From: Bryobacteraceae bacterium
Lineage (GTDB): Bacteria > Acidobacteriota > Terriglobia > Bryobacterales > Bryobacteraceae
Assembly (NCBI GenBank): GCA_035501755.1
Contig: DATJVN010000118.1
Span: forward strand, 2,424-66,423
Length of the DNA: 64,000 nt
Direction of reading: 5' to 3'
Position 1 is the first letter of the stretch; every line of letters begins with the position of its first letter. The position numbers and the translations under genes were made by a program. Positions 56,916 to 64,000 of the stretch are shown here, piece by piece. The notes beneath the pieces are model-generated. The model was not told the DNA's origin. It did no database searches and saw nothing but the letters and a program-made list of their open reading frames with translations.

Positions 56916-58480
56916 CCCTTGTTCGCCTGTTCTGCGTTGATTGCCACCGGGAGGCTGAAGGTGAACCGGCTGCCCTTTCCAGGCTCGCTTTCCACCCAGA
57001 TACGTCCTCCGTGCTCTTCCACCAGGCGGCGCGTGATCGCCAGGCCGAGCCCGGTACCCTCGCGCACTCCCTTGGTCGTATTGCCGACCTGGTAAAACTT
57101 GTCGAACACCGTCTCGTGCTCCTGTTTGGGGATTCCGATTCCGGTGTCGCTCACTGAGATCTCGAAACACCCGTTGCGGATCGCCGCTTCGACACGCACT
57201 CGCCCGCCTTCCGGCGTGAACTTCACGGCATTGCTCAGCAGGTTCAGCAGGATCTGCTTGAAGCGCAGCCGGTCGGCGAAGACGGCCTGGTTCACCGCGA
57301 TCTGGGTCTCCATGGAGAGCACTTTCGCCTCGCCGCGCGGGCGGATGGACGTCAGCACTTCCTCGACTGCTGTCGCCACGTCGAACACCTCGCGCCGCAA
57401 CTCCAGGCGCCCCGCCTCGATCTTGCTCAGGTCGAGCACGTCATTGATCAATTCGAGCAGGTGCAGCGAATCCTTGTGGATGTGTTCGATAAACCGCCTC
57501 TGCTTGTCGTTGAGCGGACCTTCAAGCTGCTCGCCGAGCAACTCGGAAAACCCGATGATGGTATGCAGCGGCGTGCGAAGCTCGTGGCTCATGCTGGCCA
57601 GGAACTCGCTTTTCAGGCGATCGGCGCGCTCCACTTCCCGGTTGCGCGCTTCCAGCTCGCGATTGGTGGCCGAAAGCGCGCGCGTGTATTTGTCCTGAAT
57701 GGCGCGGATGCGATCCTCGGCGTGCTTGCGCTCGGTGATGTCGCGGATGATGGCCGTGACGCGGAATCCTTCCTCCGATTTCACCGGGCTCAGGCTGATT
57801 TCCACCGGGAAACGCGTCCCGTCGCGGCGTTGCCCCTCAAGCGACAGTCCGCTGCCCATGGCGCGCGTCTGCGGATGATTCCAGTAATGCGCGCGATGAT
57901 GAGTGTGCGCCGGGCGAACCGCGTCGGGGATCAGCACTTCCACGGACTGGCCCAACAGTTCCGCACGGGCGTAGCCGAACAGCTTCTCCGTGACGCGGTT
58001 CAACAGCACGATGCGGCCATCCTGATCGACCTCGATGATCGCGTCCGGCGCCGCTTCGAGCAGTTCCCGAAAGCGGCGTTCGCTTTTCACTTCCGTGCGG
58101 GCGTCCCGCTCCTGTTGCTTCAACTCGTGCACCTGACGCTCCATCGCTTTCCGCTCGGTGATATCGTCCAGGATCGCGAGTGTCCCGTGCGCATTCCCTT
58201 CGGCGTCCTGCCAAGGCGCGAGCCGCACCTCAAGTTGGACCCATTCCCCGCTCTTTCGGCGTAGCCGCACATTTTCGGCTTGTTCAAAAGAATGCAATTG
58301 CCATTCCATCGGAGGCGTCTCGGCGAGCGCCTCCTCTTCGGTCCATCCGAAGATTCTTTGAGCCCCGCGGTTCCATAACTGGATGCGGCCCGATTCATCG
58401 AAAGCTATGATTCCTGAGGGCGAAGCGTCCAGCAGAGCACGCAGCACCTGGACCGGATGTTTTGCAGGCATCGGAACCAC
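56912..58480 (-). CDS. PAS-PAS sensor histidine kinase
   Basis: Two PAS domains, coiled-coil linker, His[17 protein letters not shown], and HATPase_c ([24 protein letters not shown]). GTG start at 58480 or ATG at 58471. Confidence 0.88.
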   Translation of the reverse strand: MVPMPAKHPVQVLRALLDASPSGIIAFDESGRIQLWNRGAQRIFGWTEEEALAETPPMEWQLHSFEQAENVRLRRKSGEWVQLEVRLAPWQDAEGNAHGTLAILDDITERKAMERQVHELKQQERDARTEVKSERRFRELLEAAPDAIIEVDQDGRIVLLNRVTEKLFGYARAELLGQSVEVLIPDAVRPAHTHHRAHYWNHPQTRAMGSGLSLEGQRRDGTRFPVEISLSPVKSEEGFRVTAIIRDITERKHAEDRIRAIQDKYTRALSATNRELEARNREVERADRLKSEFLASMSHELRTPLHTIIGFSELLGEQLEGPLNDKQRRFIEHIHKDSLHLLELINDVLDLSKIEAGRLELRREVFDVATAVEEVLTSIRPRGEAKVLSMETQIAVNQAVFADRLRFKQILLNLLSNAVKFTPEGGRVRVEAAIRNGCFEISVSDTGIGIPKQEHETVFDKFYQVGNTTKGVREGTGLGLAITRRLVEEHGGRIWVESEPGKGSRFTFSLPVAINAEQANKG

Positions 58481-58540
58481 CGTTTTACCATAAATCGGTT
58501 ATGCCACCCGGCAGATGGGTTTGGTGCGTCAAATCGCCCA

Positions 58541-58589
58541 ACAAAAAGCCCGTGGGGCGCGGAGGAAACTCCGCCCTGAGCCCCACGGG
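58541..58589 (-). terminator. Rho-independent terminator downstream of the cytochrome gene
   Basis: Minus strand reads CCCGTGGGGC-TCAGG-GCGGAG-TTTC-CTCCGC-GCCCCACGGG followed by CTTTTTGTTG. This is an extended GC-rich stem with a U-tract. Confidence 0.6.
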
Positions 58590-58736
58590 ATGGGACTTTC
58601 GCCCCCACAACATGCTGACGCTCACCCTTCGTCAGCACGTGTGATCTCGCTGGATCCCTTGTCTCTGGAAGGCGCCGGGCTGTAACCCAGCGCCTTCACA
58701 ATTAGCAGTGCAACTGAAACGCCACTCAAGGCGATC

Positions 58737-60887
58737 TCAGTATTGCGCGTGCACCTGGTCAACCGCATAGGCTGCGCCGGAGCCATGGCACACGTTGCAA
58801 GCCTCGCCGAGCGAGGTCGTATTCGATAGGGTATGGGCTGCCGTCGCGATATCCATGTGGCAGCCGGTACAGGCCGAGCTGAACGGCTGAATCGGATTGA
58901 TCGGTCCTTGCGGATCGGTCACCGGATTCAATCCAGTAAGAGCTAAATCGTTCTGTTCGCTCGAATTGACGTGGCACACCGAGCAGATGGCCAGGTTGGT
59001 CGCCTCGCCCGAAGGACTCAGCACCGGGAACAGAATCTGGCTGAAATTTTCCACGCTTCCGCCAAAACCGATCACGATGTACGGCCGGTTCGCCGGCTGG
59101 TTCAGGCCGTAGTGGATGCGGTGCACCAGCAGGTTGAAGTTGATGCCCTGGTCGGGTTGCGTGTTGTAAGGTTTCGGCCCGGAGGGACGTTGCGAAACGT
59201 CCGTGTTCGATGGATTGTGGCAGAACACGCAGTACTCCGTGTTATTGCGCAGCCCGCCGTGCTCGGAAATGAATTGATGGCACGTGTTGCAATTGGTCAA
59301 CGCGATCACGGTGCGCCGCGGAGCCACAGCCGACCCGTCCACCGAGAAGTAGCTCACCGGATTCGGCGTGCCGTATTCGATCCCGGTCTGCACCGTCTGG
59401 CCGTTGACCAGCTCGGGCACGGTATCGGTTCGCCGCGCCTCGATGCCCACTGCGAACGTGCCCGTCGCGCCGGCAGGAACCTGGTGCGTCATGGTGTACT
59501 GGCAGTTGCCGTTGTTATCGCAGGTAGCGCCCGTCGTCATGCTCTCGGTCACGTAACCGGGTGTAGTTACGCCGCTGCCGAAACTGGTAGTTCCGTAGTC
59601 CGTGGTCGGACCGGTCATCGTCACCGAAAGGGATAACCCAGACAGCGAGAGCGGAACGGCCGCGCCCGCGCTGTTCAACAACGTAAAGGAAATCGTCGGT
59701 GACTTGCCGGCCGATCCGTTGGCGACGTTGGTGATCTTCACAGTCAGGCCTTGCAGCAGGCTTGAATTGATCGGAACCACGTGCGCACCCAGAATCGAAG
59801 CGTCGAAATCCATCTCGCCTTGCGGGATATGACAGTTGGCGCACTCCGTGTCGGTGGTCTGGATGCCTCCGGGGTGGTTGGCACCCGTAGCGAAGTTCAC
59901 ATCGTCATGACACGAGCCGCAGGCGGCGCGCGACGGTTCCAGCATGAACGCCTTGGCTTGCGCCGCGCCCGTGGTCTGCTGATGACACACTTCGCAATTG
60001 CGAGGATCTTTCACATTTCCATCCAGCGGGAAAATCACGGTCGAAAAGTTGAACGTCCCAAAGGAGTTGATCGCCGGGATGTATTGCCCTCCCGCGACCA
60101 CGCTCGGCAGGTTCTGCCCCATGTGGATCTTGTGGTAAAACACCTTCGCATCGAGAGTATCGCCGGTATTGGGATCGACGTTCTGCGGCGTGTGACACAG
60201 CACGCACATATTCAAGCCGCGGCGCGATCCGCCGTGCGCCGAAAGCTCGTTATGGCACTGGTTGCAGCTCGCAGTTTCGATCACATCGCGCGTTACCGTA
60301 ACCTTCGCCCCGTTGGGCACGAAATTGTACGTCGCGCTGGCGTAGTCGGTGGGGAAGTTGTAGGCCGTCAAGTTGCGAGAGCCGTAGATCCCGATGGTGT
60401 GGGTCGCGGTCACGTCAAATCCCGTGGGAGCCTTGGTGTGGAACACGTATTGGTATTGCCCCGGACCTATGGAAGTGCTAGTCCCGCCCGAATCCGCGCC
60501 GGGCTGATTGGTGGACGCGATCACAGTCCCCGTTGCGACCTTAGTCGTATAAGCCGTGTACTGCTCTTGCCCACTTGGAATGGTCGCCGCGATGAAGCTC
60601 ACGCTGATCGTGCCGGGCGTTTGCACCCCCGCCGAATCCAGAGGCAAACCAGTGGGATCCGTGAGAGTATACGTGGTCGTAATCGTGCCGTCATTGGCGA
60701 TCGCGGCCGAGTTAATGGTGATCGTCAGGCCCGGGCTGACGTATTCCACCGATTGGGGGTCCGCGTAATAAGCTTTCTGATGTATGTTATAAGGTTTTTG
60801 CGGTGCGCTGGAGAGGCCGAGCGCCAAGACGAGCACCGCCAGGGCTGCCCGCGAGATTGTATGGAACGAATTCTTTAAAGTCCTCAT
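58737..60887 (-). CDS. Decaheme c-type cytochrome, OmcA/MtrC-like four-domain architecture
   Basis: Ten CXXCH motifs in a 5+5 arrangement (CNQCH, CVLCH, CEVCH, CGSCH, CANCH / CNTCH, CVFCH, CSVCH, CTGCH, CNVCH). Each pentaheme block is preceded by a heme-free beta-rich segment of roughly 150-200 aa. Signal peptide from Met16 of the track ORF. Confidence 0.88.
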   Translation of the reverse strand: MRTLKNSFHTISRAALAVLVLALGLSSAPQKPYNIHQKAYYADPQSVEYVSPGLTITINSAAIANDGTITTTYTLTDPTGLPLDSAGVQTPGTISVSFIAATIPSGQEQYTAYTTKVATGTVIASTNQPGADSGGTSTSIGPGQYQYVFHTKAPTGFDVTATHTIGIYGSRNLTAYNFPTDYASATYNFVPNGAKVTVTRDVIETASCNQCHNELSAHGGSRRGLNMCVLCHTPQNVDPNTGDTLDAKVFYHKIHMGQNLPSVVAGGQYIPAINSFGTFNFSTVIFPLDGNVKDPRNCEVCHQQTTGAAQAKAFMLEPSRAACGSCHDDVNFATGANHPGGIQTTDTECANCHIPQGEMDFDASILGAHVVPINSSLLQGLTVKITNVANGSAGKSPTISFTLLNSAGAAVPLSLSGLSLSVTMTGPTTDYGTTSFGSGVTTPGYVTESMTTGATCDNNGNCQYTMTHQVPAGATGTFAVGIEARRTDTVPELVNGQTVQTGIEYGTPNPVSYFSVDGSAVAPRRTVIALTNCNTCHQFISEHGGLRNNTEYCVFCHNPSNTDVSQRPSGPKPYNTQPDQGINFNLLVHRIHYGLNQPANRPYIVIGFGGSVENFSQILFPVLSPSGEATNLAICSVCHVNSSEQNDLALTGLNPVTDPQGPINPIQPFSSACTGCHMDIATAAHTLSNTTSLGEACNVCHGSGAAYAVDQVHAQY

Positions 60888-60915
60888 TGCAGGATGACAC
60901 TCCCGCGCCCCACAT

Positions 60916-60931
60916 CGCACGGAGCGCGCCA
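60916..60931 (-). promoter_or_regulatory. Candidate sigma-54 (-24/-12) promoter of the decaheme cytochrome gene
   Basis: Minus strand reads TGGCGCG-CTCC-GTGCG, with GG/GC at canonical spacing (9/12 consensus positions), about 30 nt upstream of the ATG (60887). Palindrome CACCCA-TGCGAT-TGGGTG (60984-61001) lies about 55-85 nt further upstream. Confidence 0.4.
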
Positions 60932-61045
60932 CTCTATAAGTCCATTATTTTGAGGAGTTTTTCTTCGTGTCCGCGAAAAATCCCACCCATGCGATTGGGT
61001 GAAAACACACAGTGGGTCAAATGACCCCGATTTTTTTGTGAACGT

Positions 61046-62011
61046 TTGCTAATACAGAAGCATCTATTTCGCGACGTGAACATCACCACTCAGACGCCGC
61101 CCCGCGCGGTGATCCTTGCGGGGGGCGAAGGAATACGCCTGCGCCCGCTGACCCGCCTGATCTGCGGCGATTCCCGGCCCAAACAATTCTGTCCGCTGTT
61201 CGGCGGCGAGACGCTGCTCAAACGAACCCGGACCCGGCTGCGCAAGGCGATCGCGCCCGAGCACACCTTTTTTGCGGTGACCCGATCGCACCGGCGTTAC
61301 TACGCCCGCGAGCTGGCCGACGTCGAGCGCCGCCGCATTCTGGCTCAACCCGAGAATAAGGGAACGGCCCCGGCGATCGCCTATGGAGCGCTGCGCGTTC
61401 TTCACGACGATCGCAACGCTCTGGTCGCATTCATCCCCGCCGACCATTATTACGACGACGACCAGCCCTTTGTCGAAGCGCTGGACCAGGGATTCACGAC
61501 CGCCGCGCGAAATCCGGATTCAGTAGTCCTGCTGGGCGCCGAGCCGGATCGCGCCGAGACCGAATACGGATGGATCGAGCCGGCGGATGCGCCCGGCGAT
61601 TCAAAGGCGGTGGCCTGTTTCTGGGAAAAGCCGGCGCCCGGGCATGCCACGGATCTGCTGCGCCGCGGCTGCCTGTGGAACACGTTTGTCATGGTCGGCC
61701 GCGCGGCGGCTTTTCGCAATCTTCTGCATTTCGCCGTGCCCGGGCTCTTGAGCAGGTTTGAAAGCGCCCTGGACGGCAAACCCGCGCTCGAGCCCGACCT
61801 GGCGCGCCACCTGTATCGCGGGTTTCCCTGCATCGACTTCTCGCACCAGGTTCTCGCGCTTTCGACGGAGCGCCTGCTGGTGGTTAAGCTTGCCGGCACG
61901 AGTTGGAGCGACCTGGGAAAGCCCGAGCGCGTGATGGAAACGTTCGAACGCGCCGGAATCCGTCCTCAATGGGACAGCGCGCCGCTGCACTCCAAAAAAG
62001 CCATCGCGTAG
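61046..62011 (+). CDS. Sugar-phosphate nucleotidyltransferase (mannose-1-phosphate guanylyltransferase-like)
   Basis: AVILAGGEGIRLRPLT...PKQFCPL N-terminal NTP-transferase signature. TTG start (a downstream GTG is possible). Confidence 0.75.
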   Translation: MLIQKHLFRDVNITTQTPPRAVILAGGEGIRLRPLTRLICGDSRPKQFCPLFGGETLLKRTRTRLRKAIAPEHTFFAVTRSHRRYYARELADVERRRILAQPENKGTAPAIAYGALRVLHDDRNALVAFIPADHYYDDDQPFVEALDQGFTTAARNPDSVVLLGAEPDRAETEYGWIEPADAPGDSKAVACFWEKPAPGHATDLLRRGCLWNTFVMVGRAAAFRNLLHFAVPGLLSRFESALDGKPALEPDLARHLYRGFPCIDFSHQVLALSTERLLVVKLAGTSWSDLGKPERVMETFERAGIRPQWDSAPLHSKKAIA

Positions 62012-62013
62012 AA

Positions 62014-63279
62014 TTAAACGATCTCGATCGAAACCGGAATGTCGCCGCCCGAAGTGCGGATCAGCATGGTGACATTTCCCTTGCGCTTTCGATGGGGCAG
62101 ATAGAACGAATATTCGTACTTGAGCACCACCGGATCCTTGAACTCGATCTGCACGATCTCGGCCTGACGGCCCTGAAGATGGAAGGATACCTCGCCGGGC
62201 TTCTCGATTCCTTCCAGCGTCACCTTGACTCCTCCGGTCTCGATACGATACTTGGAGCCGATGTGGATCGCGTCGGTAACGTCGACGATCGCGGGGTGCA
62301 TTTCGAAGGGCACGATTTCGATCGCGTGAACGCCGCTTGCGCCTTCAAGGCTTATTTCGGTTCTGCCCGCTGGAACGGCGGCGGGAACGCGGGCGTTCAA
62401 CTGCGCTCCACCGTTTTCGCCGACCGGCGAAAGATAACAACCGTGCGTGCGGACGTCTCCGAACGCGATGCGGAGGTCGCTCAAGCCTGCGTCTTCCGGC
62501 ATTCCGGTGGTCCATAGGCTGACCACGGCGTCGAAGCCGCACTGCGGCACGCGCCGGTCCGCGCCTGACGAGATGGTCACGTCCTTCACGGAGACCCGCG
62601 AAAAATCGCGCGGCTGCGCGGCGGACGGCTTGCGCCACACAGTCCACATGTATTGAGTTTCGAGTCCCCAGACGGCCACCAGGGGAAAATCGTTCTCCGC
62701 GGAGAACGCGAGCATTTCCGCGCTCGAAAAATGGCAGCCGGTCCAGGTTTCGGCCTCGCGCTCGATCTCGGTGGCCATCGGAGGCGTGCCGCGAAGCTGC
62801 GCGCATAGGATTCCGCCGGGTTTCAGCACGCGACGCGCCTCGCGCATGTAATTGAGCACCACATCGCGGCTGGGAATGTGCTGGAAGACCGTGTAGGAAT
62901 AGACGAAATCGAAGCGCCCCTCGGGGAACATCGACAGGCTCGAATCCGGCGTGACGTGGACGCACGCGCCGGCGACGAAGCGGAGATTTTCACGCGCGAG
63001 CGCGGCCATTTGCTCGGAGATGTCGACGCCGTGGATTTCGGCGAAATTGTGGGCGAGCGCGCCCATCAGCCGGCCCGGTCCGCAGCCGATTTCGAGCGCA
63101 CATCGCGCCTCGGACGGCGGAAGGCGGCTCAGCTCCGCTTCGATGGTGCGGACGGTATCGGACGCGCTCGAAAAGAAATCGGCGCTCGATTGGTTGCGGC
63201 GAGCAAAGCCGGCATAGAAGTAAGCATCCTCGCGAGCGCGCCGGTCCCAGTCCCGGCGCATGCGCTCGATGATGTTCAT
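62014..63279 (-). CDS. Class I SAM-dependent methyltransferase with C-terminal beta-rich domain
   Basis: ALEIGCGPGRLMGALA (motif I), VDISEQM, FDFVYSYTVFQHI, and LKPGGIL. Confidence 0.7.
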   Translation of the reverse strand: MNIIERMRRDWDRRAREDAYFYAGFARRNQSSADFFSSASDTVRTIEAELSRLPPSEARCALEIGCGPGRLMGALAHNFAEIHGVDISEQMAALARENLRFVAGACVHVTPDSSLSMFPEGRFDFVYSYTVFQHIPSRDVVLNYMREARRVLKPGGILCAQLRGTPPMATEIEREAETWTGCHFSSAEMLAFSAENDFPLVAVWGLETQYMWTVWRKPSAAQPRDFSRVSVKDVTISSGADRRVPQCGFDAVVSLWTTGMPEDAGLSDLRIAFGDVRTHGCYLSPVGENGGAQLNARVPAAVPAGRTEISLEGASGVHAIEIVPFEMHPAIVDVTDAIHIGSKYRIETGGVKVTLEGIEKPGEVSFHLQGRQAEIVQIEFKDPVVLKYEYSFYLPHRKRKGNVTMLIRTSGGDIPVSIEIV

Positions 63280-63313
63280 CGTTTTTATTTTAGGGTCTGA
63301 CCTGAGCTGAGCG

Positions 63314-64000
63314 TCATCGCCCGCTTCCGATTCGAGCCGCGGGCGTCAGGCGGCGGACGAAGCCGGACCAGCTCATCACGCGTGCCCACTCCGCGCAATA
63401 ACGCAGCGCCGATCCGCGGTTCATCCAGAGTCCCACGGGAAGACTTTCGAGATAGCTCCGGATGGAAGGATGGAACGGCTCGAAAAACTGGTCGCGGCGA
63501 TCGGCGCGATAACACAGGTAGCAGTAGATCCACTGAAATGGAACGTAGGAATAATGCCTGCGCAGAATGCGAAACGTTTCGCGAAAAACGGCCTCGCGCT
63601 GACCGAGCGATTTGTTTTCGCGATGCATTCGGGATTCGGCGAGAGCCGCGTCGATGCGATGGAAGCGGCACTTTTTCGCCATGCGCATCCACAGTTCGTA
63701 ATCGAAGGTGAGATGCAGCGAGGGGTCCATGAGGCCGGCGCGCTCGAAAGCGTCGCGGCGGAGGAAGCTGGCGGGCTGGCAGATGAAGCACTCGCGGGCG
63801 AGCAGCGCAGGATCGAAATCGCGGACCGGATAGGGCGCGATGCGCGCGCCCGATTCGTCGATCCAGTACGCGCCGCCGTAAATGACGTCGGCATCGAAGG
63901 ATTTCACGACCGTGGAAATCGCGCCGGGAAGAAGCACGTCGTCGGCGTTGAGATACGTGAAAATGTCGCCGCGGGTGAGGGCGAAGCCGCGATTGATGGC
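63314..64000 (-). CDS. Family 2 glycosyltransferase, 5'-partial (continues beyond the window)
   Basis: Frame stays open upstream of the track start. 63938-64000 encodes AINRGFALTRGDIFTYLNADD, the GT2 DxD region. Confidence 0.8.
   Translation of the reverse strand, partial: AINRGFALTRGDIFTYLNADDVLLPGAISTVVKSFDADVIYGGAYWIDESGARIAPYPVRDFDPALLARECFICQPASFLRRDAFERAGLMDPSLHLTFDYELWMRMAKKCRFHRIDAALAESRMHRENKSLGQREAVFRETFRILRRHYSYVPFQWIYCYLCYRADRRDQFFEPFHPSIRSYLESLPVGLWMNRGSALRYCAEWARVMSWSGFVRRLTPAARIGSGR

Noticed and set aside
58786-58799. TGGCAC-N3-TTGCA strings (also near 59272 and 60248) resembling sigma-54 promoters
   Set aside because: The GG-to-GC spacing is 2 nt too short. They lie inside the cytochrome gene and are simply the antisense of CXXCH-encoding codons.
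1-64000. CRISPR arrays, rRNA/tRNA genes, transposases, integrases and prophage genes
   Set aside because: Scanning all intergenic regions and ORF translations by eye revealed none. The only repeats found are the short palindromic families reported above.

Overview
High-GC bacterial chromosomal window (GC judged by eye, not computed). It is most plausibly from an Acidobacteriota genome, based on an ADOP-type duplicated orphan permease, many secreted hydrolases and characteristic intergenic palindromes. About 60 protein-coding genes are supportable. They are tightly packed and often translationally coupled (ATGA or 4-11 nt overlaps).

Recognisable blocks, in order:
- S9 peptidase (5'-partial), a stand-alone ATP-dependent DNA ligase, and a DinB-family protein
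- a lower-GC islet with an AbrB/RelE-type toxin-antitoxin pair
- ggt, then DUF72-hrpB
- ADOP permease and a GAF/PAS histidine kinase
- a radical SAM/SPASM - small secreted peptide - beta-helix operon
- the mutagenesis cassette imuA-imuB-dnaE2
- the conserved rpmH-rnpA-yidD-yidC-jag-mnmE cluster, then aroDE, bactofilin and lysS
- a divergent dps/sodC pair
- a Zn-ribbon - PP2C - FHA membrane signalling operon
- glpD, an Fsr-type MFS transporter and a tandem USP
- a PAS kinase - CheY - sigma-54 activator operon next to a ten-heme (5+5 CXXCH) OmcA/MtrC-like cytochrome
- the edge of a glycosyltransferase/methyltransferase cluster

No rRNA, tRNA, CRISPR array, transposase, integrase or phage gene was seen. 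The long track ORFs running antisense to these genes are high-GC shadow ORFs.

Non-genic structure that stands out:
1. A 520-nt cassette in which a four-helix-bundle (23S-rRNA-IVS-type) gene is bracketed by a 33-bp stem. The stem is perfect only in the gene-sense RNA, because all four mismatches become G-U pairs there.
2. A 96-nt in-frame nested-palindrome (MITE-like) insertion inside dnaE2.
3. A REP-like palindrome family (AGCCGCGAATGAACGCAAA...) with at least five copies. Two of them overlap start codons.
4. Two candidate sigma-54 promoters flanking the sigma-54 activator operon.

All functional names come from motif recognition by eye. No database search was possible.
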